DNA of 64,000 bases from Vicinamibacteria bacterium (GCA_965199715.1 CBDATA010000001.1:128001-192000), one strand, 5' to 3'; shown: positions 44,978 to 55,978, numbered from the stretch's first letter. Notes: a model not told the origin generated them from the sequence alone. A program made the numbers and translations.

Positions 44978-47188
44978 ATGAAGAACGCGCTCGTCGTCGT
45001 CGAGTCCGGCGCCAAGGCGCGGACCATCGAGAAATTCCTCGGGGCCGGGTTCCACGTGATGGCTTCGGCAGGGCACGTGCGGGACCTGCCGCAGCGCGCC
45101 CTCGGGGTCGATATCGAAAACGGCTTCGAACCCCGGCTCGAGGTGGTCCCCGACCGGGCGAAGACGCTGCGGGACCTCAAGGCGAAGGCGCGCAAGGCGT
45201 CGGCGATCTTCCTCGCGACCGACCCGGACCGGGAGGGCGAGGCCATCAGCCACGACCTCGCCGAGGAGTTCGGCGCGGCGCTGGGGCGGAAGCACACGGT
45301 CCCGATCAAGCGGATGACCTTCCAGGAGATCACCCGCCCCGCGATCCGGCGGGCGCTCGAGGAGGCGGGCGAGATCGACCGCAACCGGGTCAAGGCGCAG
45401 CAGACGCGCCGGGTGCTCGACCGCATCGTCGGCTACAAGATTTCCCCGCTGCTCTCGCGCAAGCTCGCCGGGTCGCTCTCCGCCGGGCGGGTCCAGTCCG
45501 TCGCGCTGCGGCTCATCTGCGAGCGCGAACGCGAGATCCGGGCGTTCGCCGTGGAGGAGTACTGGGAGATCGCCGCGCTCCTCGGGACCGGCGACGGGAC
45601 CACGTTCGTCGCGAAGGCCGATCTGGGCAAGCGGCGGATCCCCGACGGGGAAACGGCGGCCGCCATCCGCACCGCGCTCGAGGGGCGCCGGTTCCCGGTG
45701 GAGTCGGTCGAGTCGAAGCCCCGCACGCAGAAGGCGCCGCCGCCCTTCATCACCAGCACAATGCAGCGGCAGGCCGCCTCGGCCTTCGGGTTCCCGGCGG
45801 CGCGCACGATGCGGGCGGCGCAGGCGCTCTACGAGGGCGTGAACCTCGGCTCGGGCGAGCGGGTCGGGCTCATCACCTACCTGCGGACCGACTCCACCCG
45901 GGTTTCGAAGGGCGCGATCGAGGAAGCGCGGGAGACGATCCGGGCCGGCTTCGGGCCCCGGTACCTGCCCGACAAGCCCAACTACTTCCGCGGCCGGAAG
46001 GGCGCCCAGGACGCGCACGAGGCCATCCGCCCGACTTCCACGAAGCGGACCCCGGACGCGGTAGCGAAATTCCTCCAACCGGACCAGGCGAAGCTCTACC
46101 GCATGATCTGGGGGCGGTTCGTCGCGTCCCAGATGAGCCCGGCGGAATTCCTGCGCACCCGCGTCGTCGTCGCCGCCGATCCCCCGCCCGGGCGGCCTAT
46201 TCCCGAGATTCCCGGATTCGGCGCCCCGCCCGATCGCCTCGTCGCGAACGGCTCGGTCGTGGTCAGGAAGGGCTTCCGGGTGCTCTACCGCGAGACCCGG
46301 GAGGACGGGAAGGACGACGACGGCGAGGGCGGGCGCCGACTCCCGAAACTGTCCGACGGCGAACCGCTCGACCTCGGCGAGGTCCGCCCGTCCCGGCACT
46401 TCACCTCCCCGCCCGGCCGGTTCAGCGAGGCTGGCCTGATCCGCAAGCTGGAGGAGAACGGGATCGGCCGCCCGAGCACCTACGTCCCGATCCTGCGGAA
46501 GATCAAGCAGCGCGAGTACGTGCGCACCAGGAAGCGGTCGTTCGTGCCCACCGAGGTGGGCATGCTCGTGAGCGATCTCCTGACCCACAGCTTCGGTTCG
46601 CTCATCGACGTGCGCTACACCGCGGCGATGGAGGAGAACCTCGACCGGATCGAGCAGGGCGAGGCGGACTACGCGGAGACGCTTGCGAGCTTCTACGGCG
46701 GCTTCGAGCGCGACCTCGAGCGCGCCCGGGCGGCCATGCCCCGGCTGAAGGGCCTTCCCACCAACGAGTCGTGCGACCAGTGCGGCCGCCCGATGGCGGT
46801 GCGCTGGAGCGGCGGCGAGAAGTTCCTCGGCTGCGTCGGGTATCCCGAGTGCCGGGGCAGCCGGTCGCTCGGCGCCGCGGAGGACCTCTCCGAGGAGGCC
46901 CCGCCGTGCCCCGAGTGCGGCGCGCCGATGAACGCGAAGCGCGGCCGCTTCGGTCCGTTCCTCGGCTGTTCGCGGCACCCCGAGTGCAAGAAGATCATTC
47001 CGATCCGGGACGGCCGGCTCGCGCCGAGAGAGCCGCCCGAGCCGGCCGGCGAGGACTGCCCCGAATGCGGCAAGCCGATGGTCCGCCGGAAGAGTCGGCG
47101 CGGCCCCTTCGTCGGCTGCAGCGCCTTCCCGAAGTGCCGCTACATCAAGCCGCAGGCCCGGAAGGAGAAGCGGGCCGCGAAGAAGTGA
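44978..47188 (+). CDS. topA: Type IA DNA topoisomerase
   Basis: VVVES, ATDPDREGE, SAGRVQS, LITYLRTDS, AHEAIRPT, GIGRPSTY; C-terminal Zn ribbons. Confidence 0.96.
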   Translation: MKNALVVVESGAKARTIEKFLGAGFHVMASAGHVRDLPQRALGVDIENGFEPRLEVVPDRAKTLRDLKAKARKASAIFLATDPDREGEAISHDLAEEFGAALGRKHTVPIKRMTFQEITRPAIRRALEEAGEIDRNRVKAQQTRRVLDRIVGYKISPLLSRKLAGSLSAGRVQSVALRLICEREREIRAFAVEEYWEIAALLGTGDGTTFVAKADLGKRRIPDGETAAAIRTALEGRRFPVESVESKPRTQKAPPPFITSTMQRQAASAFGFPAARTMRAAQALYEGVNLGSGERVGLITYLRTDSTRVSKGAIEEARETIRAGFGPRYLPDKPNYFRGRKGAQDAHEAIRPTSTKRTPDAVAKFLQPDQAKLYRMIWGRFVASQMSPAEFLRTRVVVAADPPPGRPIPEIPGFGAPPDRLVANGSVVVRKGFRVLYRETREDGKDDDGEGGRRLPKLSDGEPLDLGEVRPSRHFTSPPGRFSEAGLIRKLEENGIGRPSTYVPILRKIKQREYVRTRKRSFVPTEVGMLVSDLLTHSFGSLIDVRYTAAMEENLDRIEQGEADYAETLASFYGGFERDLERARAAMPRLKGLPTNESCDQCGRPMAVRWSGGEKFLGCVGYPECRGSRSLGAAEDLSEEAPPCPECGAPMNAKRGRFGPFLGCSRHPECKKIIPIRDGRLAPREPPEPAGEDCPECGKPMVRRKSRRGPFVGCSAFPKCRYIKPQARKEKRAAKK

Positions 47189-48081
47189 GCGACGTCCAAC
47201 TCCGGGACGCGGTCAGCGAGTTCCTCCGGAGCCTCGCCCGCCGGGGCTCGCCCGCGACCACGCTGCGAAGCTACGGGACCGACCTCGACCAGTTCATCGA
47301 GTTCGTCGAGAGCGAATCGGGCGGCGACCCGGGCCGCATCCGGACGATCCGCGGCTTCCTCGCGTCGCTTCGCGGCCGGGGCCTGAAGCGATCCACCGTG
47401 GTCCGCAAGCTCTCGGCGCTGCGGTCGTTCTTCCGCTGGGTCGAAGCGGACGGGGGCGAGAACCCGGCGCGGGCGCTGCGCTCGCCCAAGCTCCCGCGCC
47501 GGATCCCGACCCGCGTCGAGGAGGACGAAGTCGAGCGCATCCTCGAGACCCCCGATCCCGCGACCCCGCTCGGAGCGCGCGACCGGGCGCTGCTCGAGCT
47601 GCTCTACGGAACCGGCGTCCGCGTGGCCGAGCTGGTCGCGCTCGACCTCGGCGACGTGAACAGGCGCGACCGCATCTTCCGAGTGCTCGGCAAGGGCGGG
47701 CGCGAGCGGGTGCTCCCCTACGGCGAGATCGCCGACGACGCGCTCGGAGCGTGGCTCGGCTTCCGCCAGACGCTCCCGAATCCGGATCCGTTCGCGCTCT
47801 TCCTGAACGCGCGGGGCGGGCGGCTCTCGGACCGGGCCGTGCGCAACGTCGTGCGGCGCTGCCTCGGCGAGGCCGGAATCGCGCGGCTCAGCGGCAAGGT
47901 CACGCCGCACGCGCTCCGGCACGCCTTCGCGACGCACCTGCTCGACGGCGGGGCGGACCTGCGGGCGATCCAGGAGCTTCTCGGGCACCGCAGCCTCGCG
48001 ACCACCGAGAAGTACACGCACGTCTCCACGGCCCGGCTGTTCTCGGTGTACCGAAAGACGCACCCCCGAGCCTCCGCGTGA
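47185..48081 (+). CDS. xerC: Tyrosine recombinase XerC
   Basis: RDRALLELLYGTGVRVAEL, GKGGRER, HALRHAFATHLL, QELLGH..TTEKY; dprA-topA-xerC synteny. Confidence 0.9.
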   Translation: MSDVQLRDAVSEFLRSLARRGSPATTLRSYGTDLDQFIEFVESESGGDPGRIRTIRGFLASLRGRGLKRSTVVRKLSALRSFFRWVEADGGENPARALRSPKLPRRIPTRVEEDEVERILETPDPATPLGARDRALLELLYGTGVRVAELVALDLGDVNRRDRIFRVLGKGGRERVLPYGEIADDALGAWLGFRQTLPNPDPFALFLNARGGRLSDRAVRNVVRRCLGEAGIARLSGKVTPHALRHAFATHLLDGGADLRAIQELLGHRSLATTEKYTHVSTARLFSVYRKTHPRASA

Positions 48082-49283
48082 CGAAGGACCGCTTCCGCAG
48101 CCTCGACGTGATCCGGGGCGTCGCGCTCCTCGGCATCCTGCTGGTGAACATCCGGGTCTTCGCGACGCCCTCGGCGGCGTACGTGAACCCGACCGCGTGG
48201 GGCGACTTCGCCGGCCTGAACCTCCTCGCGTGGATGGCGGTCCATCTGTTCGCCGAGGCCAAGTTCCTGAGCACCTTCTCGATGCTCTTCGGCGCCGGAG
48301 TCTGCCTCTTCGCCGACCGCCTCGAGGCGAGGGGCGAGCGCGCCGCCGGCCGCCACTACCGGCGGATGTTCTGGCTCTTCGCGTTCGGGATGGTCCACGC
48401 CTACCTGATCTGGCCGGGCGACGTCCTCGTGACCTACGCGATCTGCGGCAGCGTCGTCTTCGTGCTGCGGAAGAAGCGCCCCCGGACGCTCCTCGCCGGC
48501 GGCGCCGTCCTGATCGCGCTTCCGACCCTCCTGGGCCTCGGGACCGGGCTGCTGCTCCAGTCCCCCGCGATCCCCGACGACGCGCGGGCCGAGGTCGCGG
48601 CCGAGTGGACGCCGCCGCAAGAGGATCTCGAGGCGGAGGTCGCCGCCTGGCGGGGAACCTTCTCCGAACGGCAAGCGGAGCGCGCCTCGCAGGCGCTGGA
48701 GATGCACACGCTGGTGCTGCCGTTCTTCGCGCTGTGGTTCTGCCCGGGCGCGATGCTGATCGGGATGGCGCTCTACCGGCTCGGGATCGTCCAAGGCGAG
48801 CGGGACGACCGCTTCTACCGGCGGCTCGCCGCGTTCGGAATCGCCGCCGGGACGCCGATCATCGTCGCCGGGATGGCGTGGAACTTCGCGGGCGGCTGGA
48901 CGTGGGAAACCTCCATGTTCTTCGGGGCGTCGTTCAACAGCGTCGGCGCCCCGCTGGTCGCGCTCGGCTACGTCGCGCTCATCGCGCTCGCAGTGCGGCG
49001 CGGCTTCCTTCCCGGGCTCCAGGAACGGCTCGCGGCCGTCGGCCGGATGGCGTTCACCAACTACATCATGCACTCCGTGGTTTGCGGGGCGATCTTCTAC
49101 GGCGCCGGGTTGGGCCTCTTCGGGCAGGTCGAGCGGGCGGCGCAGCTCCTCGTCGTCGGGTCGGTCTGGATCCTCCAGCTCGCGCTGTCGCCGATCTGGC
49201 TCCGGCGCTTCCGTCATGGCCCGCTGGAGTGGGCGTGGCGGGCGCTCACCTACGGGAGGCTTCCTCCGTTCCGGACAGGCTGA
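48078..49283 (+). CDS. DUF418 (YeiB-like) membrane protein
   Basis: LDVIRGVALLGILLVNI, KFLSTFSMLFG, GRMAFTNY and GPLEWAWR motifs. Confidence 0.9.
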   Translation: MTKDRFRSLDVIRGVALLGILLVNIRVFATPSAAYVNPTAWGDFAGLNLLAWMAVHLFAEAKFLSTFSMLFGAGVCLFADRLEARGERAAGRHYRRMFWLFAFGMVHAYLIWPGDVLVTYAICGSVVFVLRKKRPRTLLAGGAVLIALPTLLGLGTGLLLQSPAIPDDARAEVAAEWTPPQEDLEAEVAAWRGTFSERQAERASQALEMHTLVLPFFALWFCPGAMLIGMALYRLGIVQGERDDRFYRRLAAFGIAAGTPIIVAGMAWNFAGGWTWETSMFFGASFNSVGAPLVALGYVALIALAVRRGFLPGLQERLAAVGRMAFTNYIMHSVVCGAIFYGAGLGLFGQVERAAQLLVVGSVWILQLALSPIWLRRFRHGPLEWAWRALTYGRLPPFRTG

Positions 49284-51174
49284 GCCCGTCCAGCTCGAAC
49301 CAGAAGGAGCCGAGGTCCGAGGCGCCGCGTCGGGAGAAGTAGATCCCGTCGCACTCGCGTCCGCTCCACGGCGGAGGATCGGGGCGCCCGGCGAGCGCCG
49401 CGAACCGCTCCGGCCCCAAGTGGAACTCGCTCCACTCGTCCGTGACCGGCAGTTCGACCCCGTACTCGACGCCCCGGCAGCGCACGGTGAGCTCGAACGG
49501 GTGGCTGCCCCGCGCCGAGAGCCGGATCCGGCCCAGATCCTCGAGGTTCACCGGCGCCGCGCCCCGGTCGAACGGCTGGTAGAGCTGGGCGAGCGGTCCC
49601 CGCGCCGCTCCCTCCTCGAGAACGCCGTCGAGCCGCGCCGCCGACCCCTGCCCGTCCGCGCCGGGCGAGACCACGCTGGCGTCCGCCGAGGACGCCCCGT
49701 TGGTGAACGTGTGCCAGCGCACCCCGGAATGCGAGAAGAGGTCGCCGTCCTCCCAGTCGTCCAGCGCGATCTCGAACGCCGCGCCGGGCTCCCTCGGGAA
49801 GAACGCGAAGGAGTCGCCCGAAGCGGTCCGCGTCGGCGCCACGCCCTCGGTCGCCGCGACCAGCCCGCTGGCGGTGCGCACGAGAACCTGGCCGTCGGAC
49901 AGCGCCGGAGTGGCGAGGCACACCGCGCCCATCGGGTTCACCGAGAGCAGCTCGTACTCGGCCCCGGCCCGGATCACGAACACGTCCCCGTCCTCGCTGG
50001 TCAGATAGACCCGGCCGTCGGCGGCCACCGGCGACGCCGTGTACGCCCCGCCGCGCTCGCCGATCCGCCGCCGGTAGAGCCGCTCGCCGGTCCCGGAGTC
50101 GAACACCGTGAGCACGCCGCCTGCGGAGACCACGTAGAGACGCCCCTGATAGACGAGCGGCGAGGCCATGTACGGGCCGTCGCGCTGCGAGCTCCACGCC
50201 ACGTCGTCGCTCGAGCTCGCGCCCTCGGGGAGGGAGATGTCGCCGCTGGCGCCGAGCCGCACCGCGAAGATGGGGCGGAAGCGGTAGCCGCTCGTCAGGT
50301 AGATGAGCCCGTCTTGCACCACCGGGGTCGGGGTGGTGTTGAACGAGCTTCCGGTCATCCGCCAGAGCTCGCTTCCGGTGGCCGGGTCGTAGCCGTGCAT
50401 CGTGCCCGCGCCGTTCGTGATGAGTTCGGGCCGGTCCGCCCCGGTGTGGACCGTGGGCGTCCCGAACGACGAGATCAGGTCGCGCTCGACCCGCCAAACC
50501 TCCTCGCCGGTCTCGAGATCGAACGCGGCGAGGAACGAACCGCGCTGCTGGTCGGCGAGCACGATCGCGAGATCGCGCCAGATGATCGGGGAGCTGGCTG
50601 CGCCCCACTGGTAGCTGTCGTCGTAGGACGCGCCCGCGTCGATCGGGCCGAGCTCCACCGCCCAGCGCCGGTTCCCGTCGAGGTCCCACGCCTGGAGCGC
50701 GCCGGTCGCGAAGAGCGTGACGAGGGTCTCGCCGTCGGTGGCCGGAGTCGCGGAGGAATAGCTGTTCTTCGGATGGCGCTGGATCGTCGGCGCGCCGCTC
50801 GCGGCCTCGCGCTCCCAGAGGATCTCGCCGGTGTCCCGATCCACGGCGTGGACGAACCACGTGTTCGGCTCCCGGTCCGAGCGGCGGTCCTGCCGCCCGT
50901 CGGTGCCGTAGCGGAAGACCGGGTCGGGGTCGTCGCTGACCGCGCTGGTCACGAAGAGCCGGTCGCCCCAGACCACCGGGCTGGAGTGGCCGAGACCGCG
51001 AACTTCGGTCTTCCACTGGATGTTGTGGCCGGTCTCGGCGCTCCACTCCGTGGGCGGGTCCTGCCCGTCGGCGATCCCCGAGGCCGAAGGCCCCCGGAAG
51101 GACGGCCACGGGAAGCGATCCTGCGCTTCGGCGGCGGTTCCGGCGAGCAGCAGGCCGATCAGCAGGCGTGTCAT
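49246..51174 (-). CDS. Secreted PQQ-like beta-propeller with C-terminal CBM11/CIA30-like domain
   Basis: [24 protein letters not shown] and TASPVAADG motifs; extra ~180 aa beta-sandwich-like tail. Confidence 0.8.
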   Translation of the reverse strand: MTRLLIGLLLAGTAAEAQDRFPWPSFRGPSASGIADGQDPPTEWSAETGHNIQWKTEVRGLGHSSPVVWGDRLFVTSAVSDDPDPVFRYGTDGRQDRRSDREPNTWFVHAVDRDTGEILWEREAASGAPTIQRHPKNSYSSATPATDGETLVTLFATGALQAWDLDGNRRWAVELGPIDAGASYDDSYQWGAASSPIIWRDLAIVLADQQRGSFLAAFDLETGEEVWRVERDLISSFGTPTVHTGADRPELITNGAGTMHGYDPATGSELWRMTGSSFNTTPTPVVQDGLIYLTSGYRFRPIFAVRLGASGDISLPEGASSSDDVAWSSQRDGPYMASPLVYQGRLYVVSAGGVLTVFDSGTGERLYRRRIGERGGAYTASPVAADGRVYLTSEDGDVFVIRAGAEYELLSVNPMGAVCLATPALSDGQVLVRTASGLVAATEGVAPTRTASGDSFAFFPREPGAAFEIALDDWEDGDLFSHSGVRWHTFTNGASSADASVVSPGADGQGSAARLDGVLEEGAARGPLAQLYQPFDRGAAPVNLEDLGRIRLSARGSHPFELTVRCRGVEYGVELPVTDEWSEFHLGPERFAALAGRPDPPPWSGRECDGIYFSRRGASDLGSFWFELDGLSLSGTEEASRR

Positions 51175-51178
51175 GCGC

Positions 51179-52393
51179 TCAGTATTTCGGAACCGAGGCC
51201 CAAGTTGCAGGGGCGTCGAAGATGCGCCGGTAGCGGGCGATCGTCTGAGGGTCGCCGGTGCTCTTCCCCGGGTCGTCGCTCAGCTTCACGAGCGGGCGCC
51301 CGGCGGCCCGGACCGGCTTCACGACGAGCGAGTACGTCGGCTGGCCGCAGTCGTTCGTCAGGTTCGTGCCCCAGCCGAACGAGACCCGCATGCGGTGGCC
51401 GAACCGGTCGTGGAGCGCGAGGACGTCGGGAAGCTCCAGCCCGTCGCTGAAGACGAGTCGCTTCCCGGCGGGATCCACTCCAGTCTCGGCGTACCAGCGC
51501 AGCAGCCCCTCTCCGAAACGGACGGGGTCGCCGGAGTCCTGCCGGACGCCGGCGAGCCGCTCGGCCCAGGCCGGAGGGACGTCCCGGAAGAACGCTTCGG
51601 AGCTCCAGGTGTCGGTCGGCACGAGCGCCGCCGCGGTCCCGTAGGTCTCCCACCACGCCTCGAGCACCCGGACCGGGGACTCGCGGATCGCGGCGTCCGC
51701 GTCGCCGGCGAGCCCGGCGCCGACCATGAACACTTCGTGGGCGACGGTTCCGACCGGCTGGAGGCCGTTCTGGCGGGCCGACTCCGCCGACGAGGTCCCG
51801 AGGAACTGATCCGGGAGGGCGTCGCGCAGGCGCGCCTCGACCTCGCGCTGCCAGCGCCCCGAGCGCCGCCGGCGGGTCCCGAACGACGCAAAGCGAATTC
51901 CCGGACGCCGCCGCAGCGCGGCGATCTTCGCTTCCAGCCGCTCCCGCCCGATCGCCTCGGCCCCGGAACGGGACAGGAGCTCGCTCAGCACCGAGAGCAC
52001 CAAGGTCTCCCAGTGGATGACCTCCGCCCACGGCCCCTCGTATTCGAGCTCGAAGTCGTCCCCCCGCCGGCCGACCTCGATGGCCGGGAGCCGCAGCCCG
52101 CCGAGGAAACCGAGGTAGTCCTCGCCGAAGGGGCTTTCCGCCAGGTTCCGCAGCCAGTCGATCTCCGCCGGACCGAACGAGAACGACCGGACGGCGTCCA
52201 GCCCCTCCTGGAACGCCTCGACCGGGATCCTTCGGGCGAGGCGGGCCCCGGGAGTGCGGCAGACGAGCCGATAGCGGACCGGAACCCGGGCGTGCCGGCG
52301 GAAGACGTACTGCCCCATCGTGAACTTGTAGAAGTCCACGTCGAGGAGCGACGCGACCGGGGGCGCGTCCGTCAGGTCGGGAAGCCCCGCCAC
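51179..52393 (-). CDS. pncB: Nicotinate phosphoribosyltransferase
   Basis: [48 protein letters not shown] and VKLSD motifs. Start uncertain (GTG 52393 or CTG 52375). Confidence 0.92.
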   Translation of the reverse strand: MAGLPDLTDAPPVASLLDVDFYKFTMGQYVFRRHARVPVRYRLVCRTPGARLARRIPVEAFQEGLDAVRSFSFGPAEIDWLRNLAESPFGEDYLGFLGGLRLPAIEVGRRGDDFELEYEGPWAEVIHWETLVLSVLSELLSRSGAEAIGRERLEAKIAALRRRPGIRFASFGTRRRRSGRWQREVEARLRDALPDQFLGTSSAESARQNGLQPVGTVAHEVFMVGAGLAGDADAAIRESPVRVLEAWWETYGTAAALVPTDTWSSEAFFRDVPPAWAERLAGVRQDSGDPVRFGEGLLRWYAETGVDPAGKRLVFSDGLELPDVLALHDRFGHRMRVSFGWGTNLTNDCGQPTYSLVVKPVRAAGRPLVKLSDDPGKSTGDPQTIARYRRIFDAPATWASVPKY

Positions 52394-53397
52394 TCCCGGG
52401 GCGGCACGGCGGTGGTCACCCGGACCATGCCGGCCCGCTCGAATTCGGCGAAGGCCGCTTCGGCGGCGTCGGTGAAGTCCGCTCCGGGAACGACCACCGG
52501 CGAGGTCGCGTCGTCCAGCAGGAATACCTTGCGGGCGAGTCCCGGATCGCGGCGCGCGATCTCGTCCCGCAGGTCGGCGACCGTCCACGCCACGCAGTGG
52601 CTCTTCGCCTGCCCGGCCACGATGAGCGCGTCGAATCCGAGCAGGCGCTCGAGCAGCGTGCGGTTCGGCTCCGCGATCGGGGCGCCGTCCGCGCCTTCCA
52701 GCACCTCGGCGCGCAGCACCGAGTAGTTCTCGGTGAGCGGATTGCGGCCCTTGATCTCGAAGACCGGCTGCGCCGAGCGGGCGACCGAGTGGAAGAAGAT
52801 CGCCTCCTCGATCGCGGGCGCGAGCGCGTGGCCGGCGCCGCCCAGCATCGCGTGGTAGGGCCAGATCACGAGGTTGTACTTGCCCTGGGCCTCGAGGCGG
52901 CGGCAGTAGTGAAGGGCATGGGCGGCGAGCGCGTCCTCCGACAGTCCGGCCGCGTCGGCGGCGTCGGGGTTCACCCGGAAGCGGCCGGCCTCGAGGTCGG
53001 CGGCGGTGATCTGGCTGTAGGGCGCCGGCGGGGCGCCGCTCTCGTCCATGAAGAAGTGCGGATGGAAGACCTGGATCGTCGTGTGGGTGTCCAGCGTCGC
53101 GACCACTTCGGTGACGAGGTCGAGGTTCCGGTACAGGAACTGGCAGATGCGCCACGAGTCCCGGACGGCGCCGAGGCCCGAGCGTCCGGCCACGAACAGC
53201 TCCCCGCCGGGCAGGCAGAAGGTGTTCTGGCAGTCCACCAGAAGCAGCCCGACGCGCGGCCGGTCGCGGCGCGCCGGGCGGATGTCGTGCTCCCGGGCCC
53301 AGGCGCGGGCGGCCTCGGCCCGATCCTGGTAGGGCACCCGGTACAGGGCGCCGACGCGCTCGGGGTCGAAGAAGTCGGGAATCGGAAGCTGGGCCAT
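52372..53397 (-). CDS. pncA: Nicotinamidase-like cysteine hydrolase (isochorismatase family)
   Basis: [20 protein letters not shown]...[12 protein letters not shown]; coupled to pncB. Confidence 0.82.
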   Translation of the reverse strand: MAQLPIPDFFDPERVGALYRVPYQDRAEAARAWAREHDIRPARRDRPRVGLLLVDCQNTFCLPGGELFVAGRSGLGAVRDSWRICQFLYRNLDLVTEVVATLDTHTTIQVFHPHFFMDESGAPPAPYSQITAADLEAGRFRVNPDAADAAGLSEDALAAHALHYCRRLEAQGKYNLVIWPYHAMLGGAGHALAPAIEEAIFFHSVARSAQPVFEIKGRNPLTENYSVLRAEVLEGADGAPIAEPNRTLLERLLGFDALIVAGQAKSHCVAWTVADLRDEIARRDPGLARKVFLLDDATSPVVVPGADFTDAAEAAFAEFERAGMVRVTTAVPPREWRGFPT

Positions 53398-53421
53398 TCG
53401 CTGGGTCTCCGCGGCCGTGTT

Positions 53422-53428
53422 TAGGCTA
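53422..53428. promoter_or_regulatory. Overlapping bidirectional -10 elements (pncA / serS)
   Basis: TAGGCTA reads TAGGCT on + and TAGCCT on -, in a 39-bp divergent gap. Confidence 0.5.
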
Positions 53429-53436
53429 CCCGCGCC

Positions 53437-54711
53437 ATGTTATCCAGCGACCGCATCCGCCGGAACCCGGACGAGGTCGCGGAGAAGCTCCGCCGCCGGG
53501 GCCACGACGGGGACCTGGGCCCGATCCTCGAACTCTTCGCCGAGCGCGCCGCGATCCAGACCGAGGTGAGCGCGGTCCGCCAGCGGCTCAAGACGCAGAA
53601 CCGAGAGGTCGGCGACCTCTACCGTGCCGGCAAGCCGGAGGAGGCCGAGCGGCTGCGGGCGAGCCTCGCCGCCGCTCCAGACGGGGCGGCGCAGCGCGAG
53701 GCCCGGCTCAAGGAGGTCGAGGAACGGCTCCGTCCGCTCCTGCTGGAGCTGCCGAACCTCCCCGACGACCGGGTTCCGGTCGGACCGGACGAGACCGCGA
53801 ATCGGGAGATCCGCCGGGTCGGGGAGCCGCCCGCCTTCGACTTCGAGCCGCGCTCGCACGAGGAGCTCGCGACCGCGCTCGGAATTGCGGACCTGAAACG
53901 TGCCGCGAAGCTCAGCGGCGCGCGGTTCGCGGTGCTGCGCGGGGTCGGCGCGAAGCTGGAGCGGGCGCTCACCCGGTTCATGCTGGACGTCCAGACCGGA
54001 CGGGGCTACGAGGAGATCTGGTCTCCGCTGCTGGTCAAGGCCTCGGCCCTCACCGGCACCGGCCAGTTGCCCAAGTTCCGCGACGACCTGTTCGGGATCG
54101 AGGGGCGCGACCTCTTCCTGATTCCGACGGCGGAGGTGCCGCTCACGAACCTGCACGCCGAGGAGACGCTCGAGGCGAAGGACCTTCCGAAGCGCTACGT
54201 CGCGGCCACGCCCTGCTTCCGCTCGGAGGCGGGCGCCTACGGGCAGGACACGCGGGGGCTCATCCGCCAGCACCAATTCGACAAGGTGGAGCTGGTGCGC
54301 GTCGCCGACCGGGAGAGCTCCGCCGAGCAACTGGAGGCGCTCACCGCCGACGCCGAACGCATCCTCCAGTTGCTGGAGCTGCCCTACCGAGTGGTGCTGC
54401 TCTCGACCGGCGACATGGGGGCGACCGCGACCATGACCTACGACCTCGAGGTCTGGCTGCCGTCCGTCGGCCAGTACCGGGAGATCAGCTCGTGCAGCGA
54501 CTGCGGCGACTACCAGGCGCGCCGCGCCGGGATCCGCTACCGCCCGGCCCCGGGCGCGAAGGCGCAGTTCTGCCACACGCTCAACGGCTCCGGGCTCGCG
54601 GTCGGGCGGACGTGGCTCGCGCTGCTGGAGAACTTCCAGCGCGCCGACGGCTCGATCGGGATCCCGAAGGCGCTGCGGCCCTATCTCGACGGCCTCGAGG
54701 AAATCCGCTGA
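53437..54711 (+). CDS. serS: Serine--tRNA ligase
   Basis: GTGQLPKF, LIPTAEVP, CFRSEAG, RGLIRQHQFDKVE, YREISSCS and HTLNGSGLAVGR motifs. Confidence 0.97.
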   Translation: MLSSDRIRRNPDEVAEKLRRRGHDGDLGPILELFAERAAIQTEVSAVRQRLKTQNREVGDLYRAGKPEEAERLRASLAAAPDGAAQREARLKEVEERLRPLLLELPNLPDDRVPVGPDETANREIRRVGEPPAFDFEPRSHEELATALGIADLKRAAKLSGARFAVLRGVGAKLERALTRFMLDVQTGRGYEEIWSPLLVKASALTGTGQLPKFRDDLFGIEGRDLFLIPTAEVPLTNLHAEETLEAKDLPKRYVAATPCFRSEAGAYGQDTRGLIRQHQFDKVELVRVADRESSAEQLEALTADAERILQLLELPYRVVLLSTGDMGATATMTYDLEVWLPSVGQYREISSCSDCGDYQARRAGIRYRPAPGAKAQFCHTLNGSGLAVGRTWLALLENFQRADGSIGIPKALRPYLDGLEEIR

Positions 54712-54721
54712 GCCGGGACGG

Positions 54722-54806
54722 CGGAGGGAGAGGGATTCGAACCCCCGGACCCTCTCGGGTCAATGGTTTTCAAGACCACCGCCTTAAGCCGCTCGGCCAC
54801 CCCTCC
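54722..54806 (-). tRNA. tRNA-Ser (anticodon TGA); CCA not encoded (followed by CCG)
   Basis: GGAGGGGTGGCCGAGCGG...GTGGTCT-TGA-AAACCAT...long variable arm...GGTTCGAATCCCTCTCCCTCCG. Confidence 0.95.
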
Positions 54807-54823
54807 GGCCGCCCGGCGGCCCG

Positions 54824-55747
54824 TCAGCCTTCGGGCAGCGCCTGCAGCATGGCGTTCGCCATCGCCGCCGAGGCTCCGTCCGGCTCCATCTCGACCACCA
54901 TGGTCAGATGGGTCCGGGCTGAGGCGAAGTCGCCCTTGTTGAGGTACGCCTTCGCGATCTCGAGGTGCGGTTCGGCCCAATCCAGCTTCCGTTCCGCCGC
55001 GATCTGGAAGTACTCGATGGCCTCGTCCACGTTGCCGCTCTGGAAGTAGATGGCGGCCACGTTGAACGGGATGACCTCGTCGTCGGTGCTGTCCACCGCG
55101 ACCTTGAAGTACTCGACGGCCGTCGTCAGGTCGTTCGCCGCGACCGCGATCTCGGCCATCGAGATGAGCGCCGGCGCGCTCATCGGGTCCTGGTCGAGGA
55201 CGGCCTGGAACGCGACCTTCGCGTCTTCGGAGCGATCGAGCTCGCGCAGCACCGTGCCCCGGTTCAGGTGTAGCTGGTACATCGTGGGGTCGGCCGCGAG
55301 CACCTCGTCGTACTTCACGAGCGCCTCCTCCCAGCGCCCCGCCTGATGCAGCTCCTGCGCCTCGGCGAGGAGGCCGCCGCCGGTTCCGGCGGAGCCGCCC
55401 ATCGCCGCCGGCTCGAGCACGAGGTCCATGTCCGGGTTGCGGCCGGCCTGCCGCATCGTGGCCTGGTAGTTGTAGGGCTGGAATCCGGGCGCCGAGACCG
55501 AGAAGTCGTAGGCGCGGCTGCGGAACCCGAGGATCGCCCAGCGTCCGTTCGCATCCGTCGTCGCCTCGAGCGTGCGTTCCGAATCGCCGCTCGAGACCGT
55601 GATCGTGGCGCCATCGATGGGGTCGCCGTTCGGGTCCTTGACCGTCCCGGAAACCCGTCCGGTTCCCATCTGGGCCAGGGCGGCCGAGGCCGAGAACGAC
55701 AGCAGGAACGCGATCAGGCCGACGCGCCCGAGTTTCGTGAGGTGCAT
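54824..55747 (-). CDS. Secreted carboxypeptidase-regulatory-like domain + TPR protein
   Basis: Signal peptide; [28 protein letters not shown]; several TPR repeats. Confidence 0.85.
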   Translation of the reverse strand: MHLTKLGRVGLIAFLLSFSASAALAQMGTGRVSGTVKDPNGDPIDGATITVSSGDSERTLEATTDANGRWAILGFRSRAYDFSVSAPGFQPYNYQATMRQAGRNPDMDLVLEPAAMGGSAGTGGGLLAEAQELHQAGRWEEALVKYDEVLAADPTMYQLHLNRGTVLRELDRSEDAKVAFQAVLDQDPMSAPALISMAEIAVAANDLTTAVEYFKVAVDSTDDEVIPFNVAAIYFQSGNVDEAIEYFQIAAERKLDWAEPHLEIAKAYLNKGDFASARTHLTMVVEMEPDGASAAMANAMLQALPEG

Positions 55748-55812
55748 GGGGATCTCCTTCGCAGCGGGGTCCCGACGGACGCCGCGCGCGAGCGCCGGAC
55801 CCGTGCGCCACC

Positions 55813-55886
55813 TGGCTGGGAAGCAGGGACTCGAACCCCGATTCCACGGTCCAGAGCCGTGTGTCCTGCCATTGGACGACTTCCCA
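55813..55886 (-). tRNA. tRNA-Gln (anticodon CTG), CCA encoded
   Basis: TGGGAAGTCGTCCAATGGCAGGACACACGGCT-CTG-GACCGTGGAATCGGGGTTCGAGTCCCTGCTTCCCAGCCA. Confidence 0.96.
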
Positions 55887-55978
55887 GTGGCGCGGCAAGG
55901 TATGCAGGATAACAGGAATGAGACCGCCGGAGCAGACGCGGAAGCGACTTCGCGGGCGCGACCAACTCTTGCTTTCGC

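Noticed and set aside
47185-48081. Tyrosine recombinase as a mobile-element integrase
   Set aside because: Size, motifs and dprA-topA synteny fit housekeeping XerC; no att repeats or cargo.
51179-53397. Phage-type NAD reconstitution or anti-defence module
   Set aside because: Ordinary pncA-pncB salvage pair in a chromosomal context; no phage genes.
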